This document shows positions 50,892 through 60,963 of a stretch of 64,000 nucleotides of DNA, piece by piece. The stretch's first letter is position 1; each line of letters starts with the position of its first letter. The position numbers and the translations under genes were made by a program. The notes under the pieces were generated by a model. The model had not been told where the DNA came from. It saw only the letters and a program-made list of their open reading frames with translations, and made no database searches. Origin of the DNA: an uncultured bacterium. GTDB taxonomy: Bacteria; Chloroflexota; UBA5177; JANWHV01. The stretch is from the NCBI GenBank assembly GCA_963827235.1, contig CAWHAE010000012.1, positions 576,001 to 640,000 of the forward strand, given 5' to 3'.

Positions 50892-52004
50892 TTGGCCAAT
50901 TCGACGCGTATCCTGGCGGTGGATATCGGCACCGGTACGCAGGACATCTTGATTCTGCAGGCCGGCCAGGAGATTGAGAACGCCATCCAGCTCGTCCTGC
51001 CTTCCCCGACCGTGCTGGTAGCCCGCCGGATCGAGGCGGCCACGGCCCGTGCCGAGGGGCTGCTGCTCACTGGGGTGACCATGGGCGGCGGCCCGTGCGC
51101 GTGGGCCGCGACGGCACACCTCCGGGCCGGGCTGCCGGTGCTTGCTACACCGGATGCCGCCCGCACGTTCGACGACGACCTGGAGGCGGTGGCCCGCATG
51201 GGCGTCCAGATCGTCGCGGAGGACGAAGCAGCGCGGCTGACGGGCGTCTGCACAGTACGGCTCGGCGACTTCATGCCCGAGGCCATCTCGACGGCATTAG
51301 CCGCCTTTGGTGTGTCCACCCGGTTCGACGCGATCGCTCTCGCCGCCTTCGATCACGGTGCGGCGCCGCCCGGGTATAGCGACCGGCGGTTTCGTTTCGA
51401 TTTCCTGCGTAACACGATCGGGCGGGGCGACGACCTTCGCTGCTTTGCCTATACGCCCGATCGCCTGCCACCCTCGCTCACTCGGCTGGCGGCGCTGATC
51501 GCGGACGTGCCTGGAGACGTGCCGGCGGTCGTGATGGACACCGGCGCGGCGGCGGTGCTCGGCGCTCTGGAGGACCCCCTGGTGGGTGCTTCCGCCAGCA
51601 CGCTCCTGGTGAATATCGGCAACTTCCACACTCTGGCGTTCCATCTGGAAGCCGGGCGTATCCGGGCTCTTTTCGAGCACCATACCGGGGAGATCGATCG
51701 TCCCAAGCTGGAGCGCTATCTGCAGGCGCTGGCGGACGGATCGCTCGACGAGCAGACGATCTTCGCCGACGCCGGTCACGGTGCCCTGGCGCTCGCGCCG
51801 CCGCAAACGGTCCCCGGTCTGCTGGCCGTGACGGGACCGCGGCGCCGGCTGCTGGCCGAATCGTCTCAGCGACCCTACTTCGCCGTACCCCATGGCGATA
51901 TGATGCTCTGCGGCTGTTTTGGACTGCTGCGGGGCGTGGCAGCGGCCCTCCCACCGTTCCGCGACATGGTGGAGGCCGCAATGGGCCGCGGCAGCCAACT
52001 CTAA
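50892..52004 (+). CDS. DUF1786-family protein (actin-like ATPase fold)
   Basis: ILAVDIGTGTQDI, ENAIQLVLPSPT, DHG..SDR, NIGNFHT, FEHHT, PHGDMMLCGCFGL. Confidence 0.8.
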   Translation: MANSTRILAVDIGTGTQDILILQAGQEIENAIQLVLPSPTVLVARRIEAATARAEGLLLTGVTMGGGPCAWAATAHLRAGLPVLATPDAARTFDDDLEAVARMGVQIVAEDEAARLTGVCTVRLGDFMPEAISTALAAFGVSTRFDAIALAAFDHGAAPPGYSDRRFRFDFLRNTIGRGDDLRCFAYTPDRLPPSLTRLAALIADVPGDVPAVVMDTGAAAVLGALEDPLVGASASTLLVNIGNFHTLAFHLEAGRIRALFEHHTGEIDRPKLERYLQALADGSLDEQTIFADAGHGALALAPPQTVPGLLAVTGPRRRLLAESSQRPYFAVPHGDMMLCGCFGLLRGVAAALPPFRDMVEAAMGRGSQL

Positions 52005-52005
52005 T

Positions 52006-52038
52006 ACATTGACATTCGTCGATGTGTTCTGCTATGCT
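52006..52038 (+). promoter_or_regulatory. arsR promoter with ArsR-type operator
   Basis: TTGACA-18-TATGCT (extended TG), ATG 6 nt later; ACATTGA-N6-TCGATGT overlapping the -35. Confidence 0.7.
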
Positions 52039-52044
52039 CGAGGC

Positions 52045-52404
52045 ATGAGAGTCGCGACCTTCGCCCGAGAGCTGCCTGTGCGGCGCAAGAATGAGTCCTG
52101 TTGCGCCGCGGTGGAAGAACCCCGCTTGTCGCAAGCTCGCACCGCCTCTCTGGCGGAGTGCCTCAAGGTCCTGGGAGATGCTACGCGCCTGCGCATGCTC
52201 GACCTTCTGGCGCAACAGCCCGAGCCGATCTGTGTCTGCGACGTCACCGCTCGGTTCGCACAGAACCAGCCGACCATCAGCCACCATCTGCGGCTGCTGC
52301 GTGAAGCACGGTTGATCGAGACCGAGAAACGCGGCATCTGGTCCTACTACTGGGCGACGGACTATGGAAGGAGCTGCCTATCGGTCGTGCAATCCTTGCC
52401 CTGA
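52045..52404 (+). CDS. arsR: ArsR/SmtB repressor
   Basis: LGDATRLRML, ICVCD, QPTISHHLRLLREA; N-terminal CC. Confidence 0.9.
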   Translation: MRVATFARELPVRRKNESCCAAVEEPRLSQARTASLAECLKVLGDATRLRMLDLLAQQPEPICVCDVTARFAQNQPTISHHLRLLREARLIETEKRGIWSYYWATDYGRSCLSVVQSLP

Positions 52405-52424
52405 GTCCCTTTTTTTGCTCGTAT

Positions 52425-52444
52425 ACATCGATGAACATCAATGA
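52425..52444. promoter_or_regulatory. Second ArsR-like operator before arsM
   Basis: ACATCGA-N6-TCAATGA, same 7-6-7 form as at 52006. Confidence 0.55.
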
Positions 52445-52454
52445 GGAGTATCAC

Positions 52455-53354
52455 ATGAGCGACCAAGTTGCCTCAGCCACGATTTCACCCCAAGACATAA
52501 CCGCTCGCGTGCGAGAGCGCTATGCGGGCGCCGCGCTGCGTGTCACGGCCGGCGCAGGTGGCTGCTGCGCCGCCGCCGCGGACGGGAGCGCCGTGGTGCG
52601 CGATCTCTATGGCCAGAGCGAGACGGATGGACTGCCCGAGGAGGCAGTGATCGCTTCGCTCGGGTGCGGCAATCCCACGGCGCTGATCGACCTCAAGGAA
52701 GGCCAGACTGTGCTGGACCTCGGGTCCGGCGGCGGGATCGACGTGCTGCTCAGCGCGCGGCGCGTGGGCCCGACCGGCTTCGTGTTCGGGTTGGACATGA
52801 CGGACGAGATGCTGGCCCTGGCGCAGGCCAACAAGGAGAAAGCCGGCGCCAGGAATGTAGCCTTCCTCAAGGGTCAGATCGAGAGCGTCCCGCTGCCTGC
52901 CCATTCAGTTGACGTGGTGATCAGCAACTGCGTGATCAATCTCTCGCCCGACAAGGGCCAGGTTCTGCGCGAAGCCTATCGCGTGCTCAAGCCGGGCGGC
53001 CGCTTCGCCGTCTCCGACGTCGTTGCCGAAGGGCCGGTGCCCGCGGCGCTGCGTCGCGACATGGAAGCCTGGGTGGGCTGCCTGGCAGGCGCTCTTGAAG
53101 CCGACACCTACGTCGAGCTGCTCGCGGCGGCAGGTTTCGAGAGTGTGGAGATCGAGATCACGCGCCGGTTCACGGCTGCCGACTCCGGCTTGGACGTGAC
53201 TAGCCTGCCGGAGGGCTGGGAGGCGGCGGACGGAAAGCTGGCCAGCGCCTTCGTGCGCGCCACCAAGTCGCTGTCGGCGACGCTTCCCGTGGGCACGGTA
53301 GCCGCGCCGTCCGCGACTGGGTGCTGCGGCGGCGCTAGCGGCGGCCAGGGCTGA
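52455..53354 (+). CDS. arsM: Arsenite S-adenosylmethionine methyltransferase
   Basis: SLGCGNP, VLDLGSGGGID, ISNCVINL, WVGCLAGA; CC pairs; next to arsR. Confidence 0.92.
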   Translation: MSDQVASATISPQDITARVRERYAGAALRVTAGAGGCCAAAADGSAVVRDLYGQSETDGLPEEAVIASLGCGNPTALIDLKEGQTVLDLGSGGGIDVLLSARRVGPTGFVFGLDMTDEMLALAQANKEKAGARNVAFLKGQIESVPLPAHSVDVVISNCVINLSPDKGQVLREAYRVLKPGGRFAVSDVVAEGPVPAALRRDMEAWVGCLAGALEADTYVELLAAAGFESVEIEITRRFTAADSGLDVTSLPEGWEAADGKLASAFVRATKSLSATLPVGTVAAPSATGCCGGASGGQG

Positions 53355-53795
53355 CCATGCCGGCGAACCGGAAGGCGCCCGCGCGCGGCAGGCGGGCACG
53401 CTGGCATTCGCCTCATGCCCCGCCATGGCTGCTTCGCGTATGGCCGCATTGTCCCACCAAAGCGCGCCGGAGAGATTGGAGGGCACGCACGATTGCCGAC
53501 ATCAGGAAGCCGCAGCCGCATTCAGTCACCGGTGACGGCCTGCTTCTGTCTATCGCCGTGGTGGGGACCTTCTGCAAGCACACGGTCAGTACGCACCAAG
53601 TAAGGCCACCTTTGCTCATTGCCAGCACGGTGCTCTGAAAGAGCTGCTAGTGCGCCTTGGCGAAGGCGATCGGTCTGCATCGACCCGTGCCCCTAAGCGG
53701 CGGCAGCTGGCTTATACTCGACATGTGCGCGGCGGTTTGTTCTACCGCAGAATCCACAGGAATAAGCAGCGTCGAGAGCAATGAGAGAAGAAGTA

Positions 53796-54893
53796 ATGCA
53801 CAGGACGTTGGGTATCGGTATATGCGGCGGTGGCGGCATCGCCCGCCAGCACATAAAGGGTTACCGGCAAGTCGACAACGTGCGGCTGGTGTGTATCGCG
53901 GATCCGGACGTCGATCGTGCCAGCCAGCTGGCCAAGGAGTTTGCCATCCCGCGCGTGGTCGAAGACGCTCGGGAGATGTTCGCGATGCCCGAGGTTGATG
54001 CCGTAAGTGTCTGCACGCCGAATCTTTACCACTGCTCTCTGTCTGTCGATGCGTGCAACGCGGGCAAGCACGTGCTCTGCGAGAAGCCGCTGGCCGCAAA
54101 TGCCCACGACGCCCAGGCAATCGTCGATGCGGCACAGGCCAACAAGAAGGTCTTGATGGTTGCCCTGAACAATCGGTTCGCTGCCAACTCCCGGGCTCTC
54201 AAAGCGGTCGTGGACGAAGGCGCGCTCGGCCATATCCATTACGGCAAGGCGTGGTGGCTGCGGCGCCATGGCATTCCAGGCGCCGGCGGTTGGTTCACGA
54301 CCAAGCGGATCTCGGGCGGCGGCCCGTTGATCGACATTGGCGTGCACGTGATCGATCTCGCGCTCTTCATGATGGGTTATCCGGAGCCAGTCGCAGTGAC
54401 GGGGTCGACCTACGATGTTTTTGGATCGCGCGGTCTGGGGGCCAGCCCGGTACTGAAGGCGTCCGAGCGGCAGCGCACCGGCGTGTTCGATGTCGAGGAT
54501 CTGGCAGTGGGCATGGTGAAGCTGGCCGACGGGGCCACACTGGTGGTGGAAGCGAGCTGGGCCGGACATCAGGAGCGAGAGGACGACATTGGTATCCAGC
54601 TTTTCGGCCGCGACGGCGGCGCACGGATGTGGATGCCCGACTACGAGACCGGCGAGTCGGTTCACGTCTACACCGAGGCCAAGGGCGAGATTGCGGACTT
54701 CGCGCCGTGCTATACGGTGACTGACGCGTACGCGACTGAGATACAGCATTTCGTGGACTGCATTCGCATGGGTTGGCAGCCTCGGTCGCCCGGCGAGCAT
54801 GGCGTGACGCTGCTGCGCATCATCGACGCGCTCTACGAGTCGGCGGCAACCGGACACGAGGTACGACTGGACGAGCCGGCACCCTCGCGCTGA
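53796..54893 (+). CDS. Gfo/Idh/MocA oxidoreductase
   Basis: GGGGIA, VCTPN, HVLCEKP, GGGPLIDIGVH; start 53781 or 53796. Confidence 0.9.
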   Translation: MHRTLGIGICGGGGIARQHIKGYRQVDNVRLVCIADPDVDRASQLAKEFAIPRVVEDAREMFAMPEVDAVSVCTPNLYHCSLSVDACNAGKHVLCEKPLAANAHDAQAIVDAAQANKKVLMVALNNRFAANSRALKAVVDEGALGHIHYGKAWWLRRHGIPGAGGWFTTKRISGGGPLIDIGVHVIDLALFMMGYPEPVAVTGSTYDVFGSRGLGASPVLKASERQRTGVFDVEDLAVGMVKLADGATLVVEASWAGHQEREDDIGIQLFGRDGGARMWMPDYETGESVHVYTEAKGEIADFAPCYTVTDAYATEIQHFVDCIRMGWQPRSPGEHGVTLLRIIDALYESAATGHEVRLDEPAPSR

Positions 54894-55022
54894 AGCATTG
54901 GCGGTATACGACCGGCAGGTCGTGTGCTCTGCTCCGCGGTGCTCGATGCGGTCAGGAGAGCTGCAGCCAGGCGGGACGTTGGGACATACACAGGCGGTGC
55001 TCGGCGACTTGAGTGCCGGGCA

Positions 55023-55721
55023 CTAACGGCCATGGGCGTAACCAGGGCAGCGTCGCTGTCTCTCTATATCGAATACTATCGGCATGCGATGCACATACAG
55101 CCCGTCCTTAGCAGTGACGTAGATAAATCTGCCGACGTTCTCCCTGGATACGCTAAGCTTTGCCGGTTTGTCCCCACATGAAATGCCGTAGCCTGAATTC
55201 CTGTCCTTGCGGTTTGGGTTGATGAACCGAACGACTGTCCAGTCGAGCGAAGAGTGCGTGATCACCGTTTCCAGCTTCCTCATTTCCCGATAGCCGGTTG
55301 GGTAGAGGATTCTGGCCAGGAGGCCGGGAACTACCGTGCTCACGCTCGGCCTATCCTGTGTTGAGCGCAGCGTTGGCGTCCCGATGACGATGAGCCGCTT
55401 CGCGTCCAGACGCTCCATGATGTGCACGATGCGTTGCGTACCGTCCGCGATAGGCGTTCCCGCAACTCTTCTTGACATGCTGAGCGGAGGCCCCATCGTG
55501 CTGATCACGGCATCAGCGCCGGTGATTGCCGTCTCCAGAAGATCCATATCAGTCAGTTCGCCCTGTACCGCACGTACGTGAGTCTCAGAAGGCTTCACCG
55601 CGGTCCGCGAACGCGCATACGCCGTCACGTCGTGGCCGTCCGCCGCGGCCAATTCCGTTACTATTCTGCCGATAGCACCCGACGCGCCGAATAGCGTGAT
55701 CTTCGTGGTCGTTCTCCTCAA
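55023..55721 (-). CDS. NAD(P)-binding protein (BVR-B/flavin reductase-like)
   Basis: FGASGAIG, GHDVTAYAR, SSLDWTVVR. Confidence 0.8.
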   Translation of the reverse strand: MRRTTTKITLFGASGAIGRIVTELAAADGHDVTAYARSRTAVKPSETHVRAVQGELTDMDLLETAITGADAVISTMGPPLSMSRRVAGTPIADGTQRIVHIMERLDAKRLIVIGTPTLRSTQDRPSVSTVVPGLLARILYPTGYREMRKLETVITHSSLDWTVVRFINPNRKDRNSGYGISCGDKPAKLSVSRENVGRFIYVTAKDGLYVHRMPIVFDIERQRRCPGYAHGR

Positions 55722-55819
55722 CTTGTCTTCAGCCTGGTGGGCCGCGCCTTTGCCTTCGCACGTACGCAGGAAGTGCTGTCACTCTCGGCAGCACAGCCGC
55801 CCGGCTGGGACACCCAATT

Positions 55820-56377
55820 CTATTGCTTCGTGAACTGTGCGTGGACGACGAGCACCGAGGTGGGTGCGGCCATGCCCAGCGGGCTCCAGGTCATGCCGAA
55901 CGCGGTGCGGTCGACACTTACCTCGGCGTCAACCGTCACCGACTTGCCGGAAGCCTCGCTCAGACGGGCTTCAAAGGTGATGGACTGGCTGTGACCCGCT
56001 ATGCTGAGCTCCCCCTGCACGTCGAGGCGATCGGTACCCTGGCCGGTCACCTGTTTGCTGGTGAACGTGACCGTTGGGTGGTTGGCGACGTCGAAGAAGT
56101 CCTTGGAGCGAAGATGCTTGTCTCGCTGCCCTTGCTTGGTGTCCAGCGAGGCGGCGTCGAGGCTCAATGTCGCCGCGATGGCACCGTCGGCACCTACCTC
56201 TGCGGTTCCTTCGGCCCGCGTGATCTGCCCCCGGACGGTCATCAGCCCCCAGAAATGCCTCACGCGAAACTCGAAGCGCGACCGGCCGGCCTCCAGCGCC
56301 CACACGCCGGCCGCAAGGCCGGCCGGTCCCGACGGCGATGCTGCAGCTGTCGACTTCTTCTCGACTGTGTTCTCCAT
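55820..56377 (-). CDS. YceI-family protein
   Basis: FRVRH, SLDT..RDKHLRSKDFFDVANHPTVTF, DRTAFG. Confidence 0.9.
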   Translation of the reverse strand: MENTVEKKSTAAASPSGPAGLAAGVWALEAGRSRFEFRVRHFWGLMTVRGQITRAEGTAEVGADGAIAATLSLDAASLDTKQGQRDKHLRSKDFFDVANHPTVTFTSKQVTGQGTDRLDVQGELSIAGHSQSITFEARLSEASGKSVTVDAEVSVDRTAFGMTWSPLGMAAPTSVLVVHAQFTKQ

Positions 56378-56477
56378 CTCGCATCCTCTTTCTCCCCAGC
56401 CGGGGATTAGCACCACGAGCAACTTCCGCTTCGTCACCTGCCTGCTACGCCGGAACAGGTGACTGCTGAGCTTCGAC

Positions 56478-57512
56478 TCAGGCCGTCTCGCGGGGCACCA
56501 CGGGAGCAACCTCGGTCGCCAGCAGCTCGATGGATTCGGCCACCTTGTCGAAGGGCATGCCGCCGATATCGATCTGCCCAATGAAGCGTTGGTGGCCGAA
56601 CAGCTCATGTTGGTACAGCAGCTTTTCGATGACCTGTTGCGGGCTTCCCACGATCAGCGCATTCTCTTTCCTCGCCTCCCACTCATAGTCCGCGCGACTG
56701 AACGACATGTGCCGTGTCCGCTCGCCACCCAGCGCCCTGAAATAGTTGGTGCGATAGGGATAGAGCGTATCCAGTGCCTCCTGTGACGACCTGGCCACGT
56801 GGATGTAGCTGGTTACTGCCACCTTGAGGTCCGCGGGCTCCTTCCCCGTTCCGGCTCCGGCGCGACGGTAGAGGTCGACCAGCGGTACAAAGCTCGCGGA
56901 CGCGCCGCCGATGATGCCCAGATTCATGGGAAGACCCATACTGCCCGCACGGATCGCGCTCCGCGGCGTGCCGCCCACGGCAATCCATATAGGCAGTCGC
57001 GACTGAAGTGGACGCGGCGCGATCGGCGCCTCGTCGAGTGCCGGGCGAAACCGACCCTGCCACGTAATGCGGTCCGTCGCGTTCAACCGGTTCAGCAATT
57101 CGATCTTCTCGGCGAACAGGGCGTCGTAGTCCTGCAGCTCGTAGCCGAAGAGCGGGAAGGATTCGACGAAGGCCCCGCGGCCGGCGATGATCTCCGCCCG
57201 CCCCCCGGAGAGCAGGTCCAGGGTAGCGAATTCCTCGAACACACGCACCGGATCGGCCGTGCTCAGCACGGTGGCCGTGCTGGTCAGGCGAATTCGTTTC
57301 GTAGCCTCCGCCACGGCAGCCAGTACGACGGCCGGCGCGGAGGCGGCGAAGTCGAGGCGATGGTGCTCGCCGAAGCCGAAGACGTCCAGGCCGGCTTCAT
57401 CGGCCAGTGCGGCCATCCGCAGCACATTCTTGAGGCGATCGTGCGCGCTGAGGGTCTGCCCTGACTGCGGATCGGGTACCAGCTCGCCGAAGCTGTGGAT
57501 GCCTAGCTCCAT
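56478..57512 (-). CDS. LLM-class flavin-dependent oxidoreductase
   Basis: GEHHR, STADPVRVFEEFATLDLLSGGRAE..GRG, ESFPLFG. Confidence 0.9.
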   Translation of the reverse strand: MELGIHSFGELVPDPQSGQTLSAHDRLKNVLRMAALADEAGLDVFGFGEHHRLDFAASAPAVVLAAVAEATKRIRLTSTATVLSTADPVRVFEEFATLDLLSGGRAEIIAGRGAFVESFPLFGYELQDYDALFAEKIELLNRLNATDRITWQGRFRPALDEAPIAPRPLQSRLPIWIAVGGTPRSAIRAGSMGLPMNLGIIGGASASFVPLVDLYRRAGAGTGKEPADLKVAVTSYIHVARSSQEALDTLYPYRTNYFRALGGERTRHMSFSRADYEWEARKENALIVGSPQQVIEKLLYQHELFGHQRFIGQIDIGGMPFDKVAESIELLATEVAPVVPRETA

Positions 57513-57604
57513 GGTGTGCGCTCTCCTCTCACCCGGACGCGGGCGAAGCAAGTGTGCCGGCCGCGTCCAGGTGCCGCAGACCGCGAGATGCACATCCGGG
57601 CCCC

Positions 57605-58192
57605 CTAGGGCTGCTGAGCGCGAGCTCGCTGCAGAGCGTGCGCCCACCATGCCAGGTCCTCCGCGAGCAGATCCGCACGCTGCTCAAGCGGTGCGAAGAT
57701 AGCCGGATCCACGGGCGCAGGCGCGGCCATCGCCGGCCGCATCACGTCGGGCAGGATATGCACCGCATGGCGCAGCGGCGCCATTTCCAGCTCGACCGCC
57801 ACCTGCCGCAGCTGTTCGATCGCACGGGCACCACCGACGCCTCCGTAGCCGACGAAGGCTACCGGCTTGTGCTGCCACTCCACGAAGCCGTAGTCGAGGG
57901 CATTCTTCAGGGCCGCAGGGTAGCCATGATTGTACTCAGCCGTGACGATCACGAAGCCGTCTGCTTGGTCGATCGTCTTTGCCCAGCGGGCCACTTCCGG
58001 CGTGCGGTACTCCCTCAAAGTGTAGGCAGGTGGCCGGGACTCCTCGTAGAACGGCAGGGGGAAGTCGCGCAGATCGACCACCGTGACGCCGAGATCGGCG
58101 CGCCTGGCAAGGCGATCGGCAATCCATCTGGCGGGCTTCTCACCGAAACGGTCCGGACGCGTGCTGCCGATGATCACTGTGATGCGGACCAT
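57605..58192 (-). CDS. NADPH-dependent FMN reductase
   Basis: GSTRPDR, EYNHGYPAALKNALD, YGGVGGARA. Confidence 0.9.
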   Translation of the reverse strand: MVRITVIIGSTRPDRFGEKPARWIADRLARRADLGVTVVDLRDFPLPFYEESRPPAYTLREYRTPEVARWAKTIDQADGFVIVTAEYNHGYPAALKNALDYGFVEWQHKPVAFVGYGGVGGARAIEQLRQVAVELEMAPLRHAVHILPDVMRPAMAAPAPVDPAIFAPLEQRADLLAEDLAWWAHALQRARAQQP

Positions 58193-59127
58193 TAGAAGCC
58201 TCCCGAGATAGCAAGCTTGCCCAGTGTCCCGGCGGCAAAGTCTGAGAGGGCTTGCGGAGCTTGCTCGAGCCGGTATGTGCGCGTGATCGGGCTCTTCAAT
58301 CGGCCGGCGGAGGCATCTGCCGCGAGTCGGTCGAGCAGGTCGGCGCCCGGCGTGGCCATGATGCTTGTGACGGTGACCGGCCGGCCGGTGAACCGGTCGG
58401 GTCCGGCTCCGAGCGTGGAAGCGAGACGCCCACCGGGGACGAGCAAGTCAGCGAGCTGCAGGGCGTCGCCCGCGAGGTGGATGACTGCATGCACGCCTTC
58501 CGGGTGTTCGAAGCGCAGAGCGCCGGACAGATCGGTGCTGTAGTCGACGGTCTGGTTGGCCCCGAATGCGCGCACGAACGCCACTTCGTCGGTCGACTGG
58601 GCCGTGGCAATCACCTTTGCCCCGCGCGCGGCAGCCAGCTGTACGGCGTAGGCGCCGACGCCGCCGGTCGCACCGGAGATGAGCACGGTCTCGCCGGCAG
58701 TCGGGGCGACCGCGTCGACCGCCATCTGAGCGGCAGTTCCCGCCAGGCCCAGCGCTCCTGCGAAGGCCAGGCCGAGTCCGGCCGGCACGCGAGTGATGCC
58801 AAATCCTTCGGGCACGCTGACGTACTCGCCAAAGGACCCGTCGCCCAGCACGGGCTTCATGACCACGCCGAACACGATATCCCCAATCGCGAAGCGGGTC
58901 ACCTCGGTGCCGACCGCCTCGACGGTGCCGGCGAAGTCTTTGCCGAGTACGACGGGGAAGCGGTGCTCCATCATCCCCTTGAGCATCCCGGCAGCCACCG
59001 CCAGATCGAACCCGTTGACCGAGGACGCCTGAATCCGGACCAGAACCTCACCGGGACCGGGCTCAGGAGCCGGCAGATCATGCAAAGCAGGCGAGACGCC
59101 GAAGTCCTCCATGGTAATAGCGCGCAT
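58192..59127 (-). CDS. NADP-dependent quinone oxidoreductase (MDR)
   Basis: SVNGFD, GKDFAGTV, GATGGVG. Confidence 0.88.
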   Translation of the reverse strand: MRAITMEDFGVSPALHDLPAPEPGPGEVLVRIQASSVNGFDLAVAAGMLKGMMEHRFPVVLGKDFAGTVEAVGTEVTRFAIGDIVFGVVMKPVLGDGSFGEYVSVPEGFGITRVPAGLGLAFAGALGLAGTAAQMAVDAVAPTAGETVLISGATGGVGAYAVQLAAARGAKVIATAQSTDEVAFVRAFGANQTVDYSTDLSGALRFEHPEGVHAVIHLAGDALQLADLLVPGGRLASTLGAGPDRFTGRPVTVTSIMATPGADLLDRLAADASAGRLKSPITRTYRLEQAPQALSDFAAGTLGKLAISGGF

Positions 59128-59183
59128 GCGATTGAGCCTCCCAAGTAATGCGTCGACAACCGGACTTCCCGGCCGCGACCAGC

Positions 59184-59253
59184 AAGTGGAGACTAGCTTC
59201 CACTTGATCCAAGCATACCACAGCAGCACCTAAGTGGAAAGCATTCTCCACTT
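59184..59253. promoter_or_regulatory. Tandem palindromic operators upstream of the oxidoreductase operon
   Basis: AAGTGGA-N8-TCCACTT at 59184-59205 and 59232-59253. Confidence 0.7.
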
Positions 59254-59259
59254 CCGACC

Positions 59260-60819
59260 CTATCCGACTAGTGCCGGCATTTGCATTTCAGCGGCGGTCT
59301 CACCGGTCGCCTCCGCGTCGCGCTGGGCCGAGGTTCGGCGCCGTAGTCCCAGGCCAAGCACGGTGGCTACCAGCGCCACGAACGCTATCAGTGCGAACGT
59401 GTCGTCGAAGGCGTGAGAGAACATCGCTGCTATCGGCGCGGGCAGGGCGCTCTGCGAGGCTGCTGCGACGTGGCCCGCCTTTGCCGCCTGCATCTGCGCC
59501 TGTGCAATCAGGTGCACCGCACCGCTGTAGCTCGACCGCGTGGTGAGAAACGTGGTGAGCAGCGCTACAGCCAGCGCGCTGACCACGGCCACCAGAGCGT
59601 TATTGAGCGCGGCCACGCGGCCGACCAGCGCGCGAGGTGCGGCGTTGATCAACTGAGTGTTGAGGGGCATGATGCTCAAACCCACGCCCATGCCGTAGAT
59701 ACTGAACGGTAGGATCAGGTCGAATCCCGACGTTTGGATGCCTACCCTGGCAAGCAGGAAGCAGGCGATGATCAGCAAGATGCCGCCGCTCAGCATGAGC
59801 GGCCTGGCACCGATGCGATCGAAGAGTGTGCCGCCGAACGGCAGGACCAATGCCGCGCCGAGCGCCAGTGGAAGCAGCGAGAGCCCGGTGTCCAGCGCAC
59901 CGTAGCCCCGAACTGACTCCAGGAACTGGGGCACCATGAACAGGGCGCCGATCAGCGCAAACTGGAGTATCCACTGCGCGATGATGGCAAGATCGAAATC
60001 AATCGCCTGGAACACGTGCAGCTCCAGCAGCGGGTACTCGGTTCTCAGCTCTACAGTGACGAACGCCACAAGGGCCACGGCGCCTACTACGATGCCACCG
60101 ATTGTATTGGCAGAGGTCCAGCTCGTGGCACCTTCGCTCACGCCGTAGATCAGCGAAGAGAAGGCCAACGGTGCCAGGAGCGTGCCGGGCAGGTCGAGCA
60201 CAGGCGTCTGCTGGCGCTCCAGATCGGGCAGGTTGCGTAGGCCTTCAAGCACACCGAGAATGCCTATGGGCAGGTTCAGCAGGAAGATCCAGCGCCAACT
60301 GGCAGAGTCCACGAGCCAGGCGGCCACCACCGGCCCCAGGGCGGGGGCGAACAGGATCGGGATGCCCAGGATAGACATGACCAGACCGGCTTTCTCGGGC
60401 GGCGCCAGGCCGTAGGCGAAGGCCATGGCCACGGGCAGTACGAAGCCGCCGCCCAGGCCCTGCAACACGCGGAAGGCGATCAGCACATTGCTATCGTGAG
60501 CGGTCGCGCAGAGTACCGACCCGAGAGTAAAGATCACGACTGAGGTCAGGAAGACCCGCTTGGCGCCGAAGCGGTCGGAAAGCCAGCCGGCCAGCGGGAT
60601 CACCGCCGCCTGGGCCAGGGTGTAGCCGGTAATCGTCCACTGCAGAGTTGACAACGTGCTGTTGAAGTCGGTCGCCAGTCGCGGGATCGCGACGTTCACC
60701 GCCGTGCCATCCAGTACCACCATGAATGCGCCCACTATGATGGCCACCATCGGCGCCATGATACTACGCAGGGAGAAGGGTGCTACCGTCGAGGGAGCCG
60801 TCCCATTTGAAGAAACCAT
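59260..60819 (-). CDS. DHA2 (EmrB/QacA) MFS efflux transporter
   Basis: LDGTAVNVAIP, GWLSDRFG, WRWIFLLNLPIG; about 14 TM. Confidence 0.9.
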   Translation of the reverse strand: MVSSNGTAPSTVAPFSLRSIMAPMVAIIVGAFMVVLDGTAVNVAIPRLATDFNSTLSTLQWTITGYTLAQAAVIPLAGWLSDRFGAKRVFLTSVVIFTLGSVLCATAHDSNVLIAFRVLQGLGGGFVLPVAMAFAYGLAPPEKAGLVMSILGIPILFAPALGPVVAAWLVDSASWRWIFLLNLPIGILGVLEGLRNLPDLERQQTPVLDLPGTLLAPLAFSSLIYGVSEGATSWTSANTIGGIVVGAVALVAFVTVELRTEYPLLELHVFQAIDFDLAIIAQWILQFALIGALFMVPQFLESVRGYGALDTGLSLLPLALGAALVLPFGGTLFDRIGARPLMLSGGILLIIACFLLARVGIQTSGFDLILPFSIYGMGVGLSIMPLNTQLINAAPRALVGRVAALNNALVAVVSALAVALLTTFLTTRSSYSGAVHLIAQAQMQAAKAGHVAAASQSALPAPIAAMFSHAFDDTFALIAFVALVATVLGLGLRRRTSAQRDAEATGETAAEMQMPALVG

Positions 60820-60898
60820 AGATGTCTGCCCTTTCTCTGACAGAAGCCTGCAGACTATGAGCCTGTTCGTTGTCACCGACCTTTGGTGGTTCGCGTTA

Positions 60899-60920
60899 GA
60901 TACCAACCGGATAGTATGTC
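60899..60920. promoter_or_regulatory. TetR-like operator upstream of the MFS gene
   Basis: GATACCAACCGGATAGTATGTC, matching the site at 61624. Confidence 0.55.
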
Positions 60921-60963
60921 GGGATGAGAAATAGTCGGCGCGCATGACGAGTCGCACAAAGAG

